Below, in pieces: positions 42,761 through 52,062 of a stretch of 64,000 nucleotides of DNA (position 1 is the stretch's first letter; every line of letters starts with the position of its first letter). Both the position numbers and the translations under genes were made by a program. This stretch comes from an uncultured Acidobacteriota bacterium (lineage in GTDB: Bacteria > Acidobacteriota > Blastocatellia > RBC074), in NCBI GenBank assembly GCA_963796275.1, contig CAWCKY010000004.1:1504001-1568000 (forward strand). Direction: 5' to 3'. The notes beneath the pieces were generated by a model. That model worked only from the letters and a program-made list of their open reading frames with translations, did not search any database and was not told the origin of the DNA.

Positions 42761-43039
42761 TCAAAAAGGCAGGTACGCCGGGTCATCGGAAGAACTCTCA
42801 GTAACCGGCAAATTGTCTTCGGGTTTGTTATCGCCAGGATTAACCAGGGTTGGCCTGAGTAACCCTTCCTCCCGCATCTCACGGATGTTTTCGTCTTCAA
42901 GCCTCTCGAGTTCGAGTTTGAGATTTGATTGCCTGATCATCTCTTGCTCTTGTTCGATGTAGTAATCCTCGTTGTAGACTGTCTCACTATAGAATTTCTC
43001 GTCATCTTCATCGTCGTAGTCGTTGTTAAACATGGCCAT
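42761..43039 (-). CDS. Small highly acidic protein ending DDPAYLPF
   Basis: RBS AGGAGG; 92 aa, 27 D/E vs 8 K/R. Confidence 0.7.
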   Translation of the reverse strand: MAMFNNDYDDEDDEKFYSETVYNEDYYIEQEQEMIRQSNLKLELERLEDENIREMREEGLLRPTLVNPGDNKPEDNLPVTESSSDDPAYLPF

Positions 43040-43222
43040 TTGTCCTCCTATTGCGATGCGACTCACGGAAACAATTTTGCTCTATTCGACGTCGGACAAT
43101 ATAAGGCCTTCAGATGTGAAACGAAAGCGCGCAGTTCGTCTACTCGACGACGATCTGACCCAATTCTGGCGCTAGAAATATGCTCATTGGCAATAGCCCC
43201 GTAGAGATGTGTCCCAGTTACA

Positions 43223-43648
43223 CTATGCGCGGATCGCCTTCTTCGCCTTGGAGGCGATTGGCTCCGCGTCGCTCAAGGCTCTGAAGGTGATTAATCGCGC
43301 ATACCTCTTATTGCCGTCCACATCATTACCAAGATGGCGCGAGAACCAGACCGCCTCTTGAAATCTGTTGTCAGGCGATCGTCGCGTGAATATCTGACCG
43401 TTCCATTCGACAGTCGTGGCGCCGTCGTCATCCCGACTAAGAACAGTTGCACCGATTGAGGACCAGTCAAACGTGGGATATTCGCTCAAAGCCCGCTGAT
43501 AGTTGGGAGCAGGGTTTGATGAGATGGCGATCTGGCGTAGATGTGATTCGACGCCCTGGAGGCTCGCCGCAATCATACGAAGTACTTCTGTCTGTTCGGT
43601 TATTCGTTGCCCAAGCTTGACGATCAGTTTTTCGTCTATGTCCGACAT
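43223..43648 (-). CDS. DdrB-like single-stranded DNA-binding/annealing protein
   Basis: FDWSSIGA..F.RR..VWFSR..YARLITFR parallels Deinococcus DdrB motifs as I recall them (FDWSLIGA..YSR..Y..LAIFR); RBS AAGGAGG. Confidence 0.7.
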   Translation of the reverse strand: MSDIDEKLIVKLGQRITEQTEVLRMIAASLQGVESHLRQIAISSNPAPNYQRALSEYPTFDWSSIGATVLSRDDDGATTVEWNGQIFTRRSPDNRFQEAVWFSRHLGNDVDGNKRYARLITFRALSDAEPIASKAKKAIRA

Positions 43649-43840
43649 AATTACCTCCTTGTAACAGATTGAAGAAAGCCGTTTGAACCGCTTGACGTGA
43701 TTGGCAGCCATTGCAACCGGCGAGTCTTCAGATTGTGCACACCGATGCCGCCCGCTTTTGTTTCAGTTAAGGTGTAGAAGGAAATGACAAGATGAGTCGG
43801 CATCATTAGAGGTAAGTGTTATGAAACGTGTGTCCCCCGT

Positions 43841-43892
43841 CCCATTGACATTCTACCAAAGACAATCGATACTCTGGTAGATATTCCACAGC
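43841..43892 (+). promoter_or_regulatory. Sigma70-like promoter TTGACA-17-GATACT with inverted operator (CTACCAAAG/CTCTGGTAG)
   Basis: Read directly; upstream of ADOP at 43946. Confidence 0.65.
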
Positions 43893-43945
43893 AACACACA
43901 ACCTGAATTGCCCCGAATCGATTTGAACTGAGAGGATATCCGGTA

Positions 43946-46620
43946 ATGCGTTGGTGGCACGAACTCAAATATCTCATCCGAAAATTGAACCGCAGACGTT
44001 CCGAGCATGAGGTTGAGGAGGAGATCCAGATCCCATCTGGAGATCGAAACCCGTGAAAAGATTGAGGCCGGTCTTTCGCCAGAAGAGGCGCGATATGCGG
44101 CGCGGCAGGCATTTGGCAGCGTCGCCATAGCTAAGGAGGACAGCCGCGCGGTCTGGGGATTGAGAACATTGGAGATACTTTGGCAGGACCTGCGCTATGG
44201 CCTGCGAATGATGCTGAAAAGGCCGGGTTTCACCCTGATTGCGATCGGCATGGTGGCGATCGGGGTCGCGGCGAATACGGCGGTCTTCAGCATTGCGGAT
44301 GGACTCATCCTGCGCCCTTTCGATTTCCCGGACCAGGATCGGCTGGTGATGATCTGGACCCAGAGCCGGTCAGCCGGCTTCCACCACAAGTGGATCCCGA
44401 ATCCTCTATTCACGGATTGGCAGGAACAGAATCAGAGCTTCGAGCAGCTCGTCCGTTTTAAAGGTAGATTGGATTATCTAACTGGAGCGCATGAACCGGA
44501 ACAGGTTTGGGGCAATCTCGTATCCGCCAATTTCTTCGATGCTCTCGGCGTAAAGGCTGCGCTCGGACGCGTCTTTCAAAAGGGGGAAGATGAGCCCGGA
44601 CGCGATAAGGTGGTGGTCCTCAGGCATAGTTTTTGGCAGCGCCGATTCAACTCCGATCCGGACATCATAGGCAAGACGATGTCAATCAATAAAATTACGT
44701 TCACCATCATCGGCGTGACGCCCGAGAAGTTCAATTTCCCAGCTCATTTTGATGGCCAGTTCTGGACGCCGTTCACATTGAGTGAGAAGGAAAAACGTGA
44801 TTACGAGCGTGGCGCCCACAACGCATTTGGATTGCTCAAACCCGGCGTCAGCATTGAACAGGCCGGCGCCGAGCTCAGTTCCATCTTGCGAAGGACGATG
44901 CCGCCTGACTACCAGAAATGGAACGCCCAGCCATCGGCCCAGGTGGTCGGGATGACTGAGGATTATGTGCGTGATACGAAAAAGTATCTGCCGCCGCTGA
45001 TCGGTACGGTGGCTTTTATGCTGTTGATTGTCTGCGCCAATGTAGCGAATATGCTTTTCAGCCGCGCCATCGGACGCAAGAAGGAGATCGCGGTGCGGCT
45101 GGCGCTGGGAGCGTCACGCCGGCGGTTGATCGGGCAGATGTTGACCGAAAGTATGCTGCTCGCGATCGCGGGCGGCCTCATCGGGCTGATCCTGTCGATC
45201 CTGGCGATCCATCTGTTCAAGGGGGCGATTCCGGAGGAGATGGCCCGTTTCACTCCCGGCTTCGAGCGTCTCGGCATCAATCGGAGCGCGCTGCTGTTCA
45301 ACCTACTGATTACGATGCTCACGGGTGTGCTCTTCGGCCTGGCGCCCGCGTGGCAGTCGAGCAGGCCCAATCTCAATGAATCATTGAAGGAAGGAAGAAA
45401 AGGCGCGTCGTCCGCGGGTTTGCGGAGCCGGCTGCGCGGCGCGCTGGTGATCGGGGAGGTCGCCCTGTCCCTGGCCCTGCTGATCGGCGCGGGGTTGATG
45501 CTGCGCAGCTTCGCGGCGATGCTCCGGGATGATTTCGGCTTCAAGCCTGAAAATGTCTTGAGCTTCGATCTTATGATGCATCGGGATTACGGGTGGACGG
45601 GTGATGAAGGGACTGGCGTCCGATGGAGGAGTGATGAATGGAATGGCGTCCGAAAATTCTATGATCGGGCGCTTAAACATCTTGAAACATTGCCCGGTGT
45701 CACAGCAGTTGGGGCGAGCAATGGACTACCGATGGGAACCAACGAGAATGGGCTGATCCGGCTTGCCGGCCCAACGCCGTCCGAACCGATCGAAAGGCTG
45801 GTCGACTATCGGGTAGTGACGCCCGGATATTTCAAGGCGATCGGCATGACAATGCTGCGCGGTCGCGACTTCACCGAGGCGGATAATGAACACGCGCCAG
45901 GAGCCTTGATCATCAATGAGGCTTTGGCTCGCCAGTTCTTCCCCAATCAGGATGTCATCGGAAAGCGGTTTGGTTTAGCTGAATCAATTATCGTCGGAAT
46001 CGTGGCGGACGCGCGAGACGATAATCTCGATAAGGCCGCGGCGCCAGGGTTCTACGCGCCATTCGCGCAGACCCCAAGGGTTGAAATGGGTATCGTTCTG
46101 CGTTCGACTGTTGAGCCGGAGGCGTTGATCGCCTCGGTCCGTAATGCGATAAAGGAACTCTATCCGGCCCAGCCAATCCTCGGTTTTAAAACAATGGAAC
46201 AGCGGATCTATGAGCGAACCGCGGCGAAATGGATCATGACAGTTGTGATGGGAGTATTTGCCGGGAATCGCGCTGCTGCTCGCCGGGCTGGGGCTTTATG
46301 GAGTAATGGCCTATGCCGTCTCCCAGAGGACGCACGAAATCGGCGTTCGCCTCGCGCTGGGCGCGCCGAGGGGCAACATTCTGCGGCTGATTCTGGGACA
46401 AGGGCTGAAGTTGACGCTGATCGGAATCGGGCTTGGAATGATGGGAGCGTTCGCGCTGACCAGATTCATGGTCTCGCTTCTCTATGGTGTCTCCACCGGA
46501 GATACTCTGACCTTTATCCTGGCCTGCTCGACCTTGGTAGGAGCGGCAATCCTGGCTTGTTTGTTACCGGCAAGGCAGGCGACGAAGGTAGACCCGATGG
46601 TCGCGCTGCGAGCGGAATAA
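43946..46620 (+). CDS. ADOP-family duplicated MacB-like ABC permease (frameshifts ~44030, ~46260)
   Basis: Prefix domain, WQDLRYGLR, two MacB-PCD/FtsX repeats, [11 protein letters not shown]. Confidence 0.9.
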
Positions 46621-46639
46621 CGCATTCGAGATGGTCTCA

Positions 46640-47890
46640 TCAATCCAACTCAACAGCCTTGCCCCAGGGCGCTTCGCTCTTCCCTTCCGGGACGGCCCAT
46701 AAGACCGGAAACGTTGGCTCCTCACCAGCCTCGCCTTCGAGGTCTGTCAAGTAGATAAGCATATCCGGCTTCCACCTTGCCGCTTCTGCTATAGCCGGCC
46801 TGAAATCCGTTCCTCCACCACCCCTGAACTTAAATCCGCGCAGCAGTTTTGCGCCGTCACGCCCGGAAAAATCGAGAATCTGATGAACATCTGCGTCACA
46901 AACGATTAAGCGAAGAAGTGGTTCGGTCTTTTCGAGCACTGATGCTACTTCGGCGGCGAAACGTCTGAGAAGCGATTCCTCAATGGAACCGGAAGTGTCC
47001 ACGGCGAGCGCGATACGCCCTGTTCGACTGGCGATCGCAGTGCGTTCGAATGGCAGATCGACGCCCTCGCGTTCCCTGAGATCGCTCTCCAGCGCGAGCC
47101 AGCGGCGTGATGGTCGCGACGGATCAGGCCTGCGTTTGCGCCGCGCATAGCGAAAAAGGAAATCTTTCAGAATTCGCTCCCACGGCGTCTTCACTTTCGG
47201 CAATTCGCACGCGAGTCGTTTGAATATCCCGGCGAGCGAACCGCGCGCCATCTTCAGACGCGAGCTCCAGGCCCGAATCTCCTGTTCAATAGAAAAGCCG
47301 CTTTCCGGTTGCGAGATTCCCATTGCCGGCGCCCTGAGCGATTGTGCGATATCTTTTCCGCTGAATCCCTCACCCGAACCGAAGGTGTGAAAATCGATAC
47401 AGCTGCGATTCTTCGCGAGCAGGTGGTACAGCGATTCTGAGGACCATCGCCTCACGGTTTCGGCGGGATTGTCATCTTGCTTCCAGTGATCCAGAGGAAC
47501 CAGCAATGCCTCGAGAGTCACCGCGATATCAGGAGCGCGGACGCCTCGTACTCCATCGAGTGCGGCGTTAATGATGGCATCGCAGGCCAGGTTATAGAGC
47601 TGCGCATCGAAATCTTGTGTTCGCCGCTCCATGTCACGCTCGCGCGCAGGATGGGCCAGCGCCACATGCAGCAGTTCGTGAAGGACGATGAATCGCCGCT
47701 CGGCGTCGGCATATTTCTCATAACGCAGCCCGGCCTCGACGTGAATGCCGTCCGTGCGAGCGATCAGGTCCGGATCGTCGGCATCCATAAACTTCACCCA
47801 GAGCGCGACGCCGCCGAGCCCTGGCATCGCCTCGATGGCGTCTCTCAAATCCGGTCCCATTCTCGTTGCGACAGAGTTCAAACGATTCAC
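46640..47890 (-). CDS. DUF2201-type putative metallopeptidase + VWA domain protein
   Basis: HELLH zinc motif, NLACDAIIN, MIDAS DTSGS, GGGTDFRP, YLTD. Confidence 0.88.
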   Translation of the reverse strand: MNRLNSVATRMGPDLRDAIEAMPGLGGVALWVKFMDADDPDLIARTDGIHVEAGLRYEKYADAERRFIVLHELLHVALAHPARERDMERRTQDFDAQLYNLACDAIINAALDGVRGVRAPDIAVTLEALLVPLDHWKQDDNPAETVRRWSSESLYHLLAKNRSCIDFHTFGSGEGFSGKDIAQSLRAPAMGISQPESGFSIEQEIRAWSSRLKMARGSLAGIFKRLACELPKVKTPWERILKDFLFRYARRKRRPDPSRPSRRWLALESDLREREGVDLPFERTAIASRTGRIALAVDTSGSIEESLLRRFAAEVASVLEKTEPLLRLIVCDADVHQILDFSGRDGAKLLRGFKFRGGGGTDFRPAIAEAARWKPDMLIYLTDLEGEAGEEPTFPVLWAVPEGKSEAPWGKAVELD

Positions 47891-48837
47891 GTGGTGCCCT
47901 CCCTCCTCGCCAGAGCGTCGAACCGCGCCATATCTTGACCGCGCGCTTCCAGCCATTTCCGTAGTTCGCGTCGGGCTGCCATCTTTTCACGGGCCGAAGA
48001 CTTTTCGAGGAGCCCGCCGATGTCCCAGGTCAGAGATGCAGGGTATTCATCGTAACCGCTTTTTCGATTATAAGCTCCGTCATTGTACTCATAGCTCCAG
48101 CCCACGAGACGGTTCTCCGAAAGGGCGATAGCCATCAACCCTCCCAGCAGCTCCGAGTGGTAGCAGTCGCTACTTCCAAGGTACGGTCCGGCCCCGTCCG
48201 TCGCCGCGTAGAGGCGAATCTCTTCGTCCTCGTGCGCCTCGATGTCCGGCTCGGTCAGTATGAAGAGTTTCATCAGCCGTTCGAGTTCGGCCCGCGAACC
48301 CGTTTCGAAATAGAGTTCACAGTCCTCACCAGAAGGGTCGAAGAACGGATCCTCCATCTGCGGACAGATATGTTCGGAGAAATGATCGCGAAGCAGATCA
48401 CCGATCGCGTCTTCGTCGCCTTCGCAGTCACACCTGACCTTTTCTAGATCGAGGTCATGCCCGAAGAACTCATAGTGCGAGTCTTCTTTGGTGACGCCGA
48501 TCCCGTCGGCTCGGAAGACGACCTGGACGTCATCGGAACCGAAGTCCATTGTCGTCGCCAGATGAGGGATCCGGCTGCTGACAAAACCGATCCGCTCGTC
48601 CAACGAGCCGCTGACACCGCGCCCGACCCTGGCGATGATTCGATGGCCGGAGTAGTCGAACGCCACGCCGGAGTATATCTCCGAGAGACGCTCGCATAAT
48701 CCCTGACCAAAGTCTTCGCGAATTGGCGCTTTGCCATCTCGTTCGCGATGAAAGTTAACGAAGCGCAGAAGCGAATCCGCTTCGTCATAATTCAGTTTCG
48801 CCTCGCGCGCCTTCTCATCAAGGTTCGTGAAATCCAT
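47887..48837 (-). CDS. Acidic hypothetical protein
   Basis: 316 aa, RBS GAGGAG, between MoxR and VWA genes. Confidence 0.75.
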   Translation of the reverse strand: MDFTNLDEKAREAKLNYDEADSLLRFVNFHRERDGKAPIREDFGQGLCERLSEIYSGVAFDYSGHRIIARVGRGVSGSLDERIGFVSSRIPHLATTMDFGSDDVQVVFRADGIGVTKEDSHYEFFGHDLDLEKVRCDCEGDEDAIGDLLRDHFSEHICPQMEDPFFDPSGEDCELYFETGSRAELERLMKLFILTEPDIEAHEDEEIRLYAATDGAGPYLGSSDCYHSELLGGLMAIALSENRLVGWSYEYNDGAYNRKSGYDEYPASLTWDIGGLLEKSSAREKMAARRELRKWLEARGQDMARFDALARREGTT

Positions 48838-48852
48838 ACTCCTCCTCTCTAA

Positions 48853-49941
48853 TCAAGTTCTCTGCTTAAGCGCGTGGTGATCTCCGCGCCGCTTTTCATC
48901 GAAGCGAATGAAAGCCGGATCGTCGCCGCAGTCGAGACCGAGTTTAAGCGCGCGTTCCAAAACCAAGCTTCCGGCGAGAGTCTGAATATCAGCCAGCGGC
49001 AGACTGTTATGAGAAGTCCCGCGCAACTCATCGAGCGCATCCACAGCACCCATTATCTTGCTCAGGTTCTCCGCATTCACTGAGGCGGCCAGCGCGTAGG
49101 CCATACTATACAAACCGTTGATCGTCGCAGGAACTACCTTGTGCAGTCGCTGGCGCGGCGTCGAGATGATCTTCTCGACCGATGCGAGGTGCTTGAGCTC
49201 GTCGGCGACGGTCAGAAACTCGTGCGCGGTCGAATCGCCGACCAGTCCGCTGAGGAGGATTTCGCGTTCGCGTTTGCCAACGCAGTTCTTCCACACCTCA
49301 GAGACTCGCTCCCACGAACGCGGGCTGGGAGTGATCGCGTGATCGGCGCGTCGCATCTCCGCCGTCCCGATCAGCAGATCAGGACGGACCTGGATGAAAG
49401 CCATCACTTCGGGCGCGACGTCGTTCTCCATAGCCCATGCCAGCCAGTCCTGCGCGGTCGGCTCAATGACTAGATGCACAAGTCGATCGTTCATCGCGGT
49501 GCCGAGATCGCAAGAGATCGCGCCATCTTCAGGACGATTGCCCGCGGCGATGATCCGCCACTGTTCGCCGAGCGTCCAATCAGCGACGCGCCGCTCCAGA
49601 ATCAGGCCGTAAGCGGCGATGCGGGTCTGTTCATCGGCGCCGGGAAGTTCGTCGAGGAATAGAATGCCCGGTTCATCTTCACGTGGCAGGAAATCGGGAA
49701 GGTAAAAGGTCGTCAGTTTGTTTTGATTGTCGAGAGCTGGTAATCCGCCGATGTCGGAAGCCGTCTTCTGCGACAATCTTACGTCCCGCAGTTTGGCTTC
49801 GCGCAGCCGTGCAAGTTGAGTAACTAACATCGATTTGCCGACGCCGGCGCTACCCCAGAGCATGACCGAAAGTCTGAGCGGCCAGAGCGCATGGATCGCC
49901 GAGATTGCCTCCGACGGCGTACACGACATTGTATTGATCAT
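48853..49941 (-). CDS. MoxR-like AAA+ ATPase
   Basis: WGSAGVGKS, DVRLSQ, ILFLDEL, AAGNR, SPRSWE. Confidence 0.9.
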   Translation of the reverse strand: MINTMSCTPSEAISAIHALWPLRLSVMLWGSAGVGKSMLVTQLARLREAKLRDVRLSQKTASDIGGLPALDNQNKLTTFYLPDFLPREDEPGILFLDELPGADEQTRIAAYGLILERRVADWTLGEQWRIIAAGNRPEDGAISCDLGTAMNDRLVHLVIEPTAQDWLAWAMENDVAPEVMAFIQVRPDLLIGTAEMRRADHAITPSPRSWERVSEVWKNCVGKREREILLSGLVGDSTAHEFLTVADELKHLASVEKIISTPRQRLHKVVPATINGLYSMAYALAASVNAENLSKIMGAVDALDELRGTSHNSLPLADIQTLAGSLVLERALKLGLDCGDDPAFIRFDEKRRGDHHALKQRT

Positions 49942-49983
49942 GACGTTTGCTCCTCTGACAGGTGGATACCAATGGTTGTGAGA

Positions 49984-50724
49984 TCAGGTACGTTCGGCTG
50001 CCGTCCGCACATTTTTCCCACGGGCATTCAACGCGGCGCTGACTTCTGTCCCGCACATCCAGAGCCTCAATCTGATGTGAGCGGCGAGATTTCCTGCAGG
50101 CGGAATCGAACCAATCCGGGCATAGACGAGGTCTTCAGCGGCTGAGCGTGTAGAGATGATCTGCGGAAGGCATCGTGAATCGTTCGTCTCAGTAAGGGCG
50201 ATGGTCGTTCCCAGCAGTTCTTCCGAGAGGAAGATTCCGAAACTGTTGTGAGTAATCATGGCAGCGGCGTCGGGATTGTCCGGCGCGAACTCACATGGAT
50301 TGTCAAAGAAGTCGATCAGCGCGAGATAATCATTGGGAAGGCCTCCCCAACGCGCAGCCAATCCTTCGGCGGGTTCTTCTTTGACCTGCTCGAGCCAGCG
50401 AGGCGGCTTACGGCGGCGCGTCCAGTAATCGGCATCGGCCTCCAGCAGCCATTCCGCCAATGTAACGACTCGTCCGAGGTCTTCCACCTGATGGTCGCGG
50501 AACAGATCGCGAGTCGAAATGACAGTCCCGTCTTCGGCATGGATCGCTTCGCCATGAATCCTGACCGACAGCCACTCCCCGAAATCTGAATGGATGAACA
50601 TTCGGTGCTGCATGCTTGGAAAGATCATCTTGCTGCGATCGATCCAATCGTGGATCGCGATCCAATCCTGCCATCGGCCACCGTAGCGGTGAGCGGTGAT
50701 ACGAGCATGTTGTAGTGGTTTCAT
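49984..50724 (-). CDS. Tandem DUF6915-like domain protein
   Basis: MKPLQHA..RYGG.WQD.IAIHDWID.SK..HR..HS.FG..HQVEDLG, repeated in degenerate form (ARWGGLPNDY..HNSFG..AEDLV). Confidence 0.7.
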   Translation of the reverse strand: MKPLQHARITAHRYGGRWQDWIAIHDWIDRSKMIFPSMQHRMFIHSDFGEWLSVRIHGEAIHAEDGTVISTRDLFRDHQVEDLGRVVTLAEWLLEADADYWTRRRKPPRWLEQVKEEPAEGLAARWGGLPNDYLALIDFFDNPCEFAPDNPDAAAMITHNSFGIFLSEELLGTTIALTETNDSRCLPQIISTRSAAEDLVYARIGSIPPAGNLAAHIRLRLWMCGTEVSAALNARGKNVRTAAERT

Positions 50725-50972
50725 CTTCGACTCTCCCCGATCCGAAAAGAATCCCATATACCAAAGATACCTTTTGGCATGACAGAAAATGAATCGGCTA
50801 TTGCCACTTATGATTAGGAAGGCACAGGATGTGATGCTTGCCTTCGGGCGAATCGCTCTCTCTTTAGAGAGGCTGATTCGTAGAACGATCGTCTCCAGAG
50901 CGTCCCTCTGAATCGATCGAGGCCCTCATCCTGGCGCGGGCTTCGAGCGGCGACGGAGCAATGCGCCCTTGC

Positions 50973-51410
50973 TCATACAGCATTGCCCAGAGCCGCGCAT
51001 ACAGATCGCCTTGCCGCCACGATTTCATGATCTCCCATTAATCCACGCGCACTAATTGCGTCAGATTGCCCTTTGGTTTGCTCCGCGGAAAAATAGGCGC
51101 AACCGAACGGATTGACGGCATGTATGCTGCACAGATCGTTTTTCAGAAAACGGCAGGCGCCATCCGGCCTCCTGGCGGGGACGATAGTCGGGATGGCGAA
51201 TATTTCTCCATGCGCGACTACGAGCGCGCCAGGGCTTGCAAGGAGATTATCGAGAGCGAATCGCACGACGTCGTCTTCGCCCAGATAATCAGCGATACGC
51301 CGCAAGTCATCTGGTATGAGGTATCCCGGCAATCCGTAACAATTGCAGAGGCACGCAGAACAAGCGCACTCAATACGCTTGAATTCGAATTCGGTCCTTT
51401 CATCCACCAT
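50973..51410 (-). CDS. YkgJ/FliB-like cysteine-cluster protein
   Basis: CxCxxCxxxC, C.FL....C.IH...P..C; probable 3' frameshift. Confidence 0.75.
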   Translation of the reverse strand: MVDERTEFEFKRIECACSACLCNCYGLPGYLIPDDLRRIADYLGEDDVVRFALDNLLASPGALVVAHGEIFAIPTIVPARRPDGACRFLKNDLCSIHAVNPFGCAYFSAEQTKGQSDAISARGLMGDHEIVAARRSVCAALGNAV

Positions 51411-51650
51411 TTATAGCCCTCCTGTTGCGTCGCGATGATAAAGACATTGGCACCCACTACTCGCACAGTAGCGGGATACAGCGGCTTGCGTTGGTATTCA
51501 TGATTTGAAGCCCTCGATTGCTGTGTATCGACGCTCGCCCTTCTGCTATCCGCGATAATTTCCTTATTTCCTTAGTGTCGAGTTACTAACAATGGCTTAA
51601 TCAGTTATCAGAGAATTTAGCCATTCGGCATGACGCATCCGTTGAATCTT

Positions 51651-51705
51651 TCCTTGACACTCTAGGGATGAGCGTGGCACCATCTTCCCCAGTTTTTCTA
51701 GGAGG
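51651..51705 (+). promoter_or_regulatory. padR promoter TTGACA-18-CACCAT with two imperfect CCTAGA/TCTAGG-type boxes
   Basis: CCTTGACACTCTAGGG and CCCAGTTTTTCTAGGA flank the -10 and overlap the -35 and RBS. Confidence 0.6.
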
Positions 51706-51711
51706 AACAGA

Positions 51712-52047
51712 ATGGCAGCTAAAGATAGGGCCGACCTTCTGCAGGGCACGCTCGACATGCTGATACTCAAAGCACTTTCTCTGGGACCGATGCACGGCTA
51801 TGGCGTCGGGCAGCGCATCATGCAACTGGCTGAAGACCTGCTCAGAGTTGAGGAAGGCTCACTCTATCCGGCGCTCTACCGGGTGGAAGAACGCGGCTGG
51901 ATCGAATCGGAATGGGGTACATCTGAGAATAACCGCCGCGCTCGTTTCTATCGACTCACCCGTGCCGGCCGCAAACAACTCCAGGTGGAAGAAGAGAATT
52001 GGCAGCGATTCGTGCTGGCTATCGGTAAAGTGATGCAAACAGCGTAA
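51712..52047 (+). CDS. padR: PadR-family transcriptional regulator (acidobacterial type)
   Basis: LLQGTLDMLILKAL..HGYG..EEGSLYPALYR.E..GWI.SEWG.SENNRRARFY.LT. Confidence 0.95.
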   Translation: MAAKDRADLLQGTLDMLILKALSLGPMHGYGVGQRIMQLAEDLLRVEEGSLYPALYRVEERGWIESEWGTSENNRRARFYRLTRAGRKQLQVEEENWQRFVLAIGKVMQTA

Positions 52048-52062
52048 GGGGCGTTCTAAACC

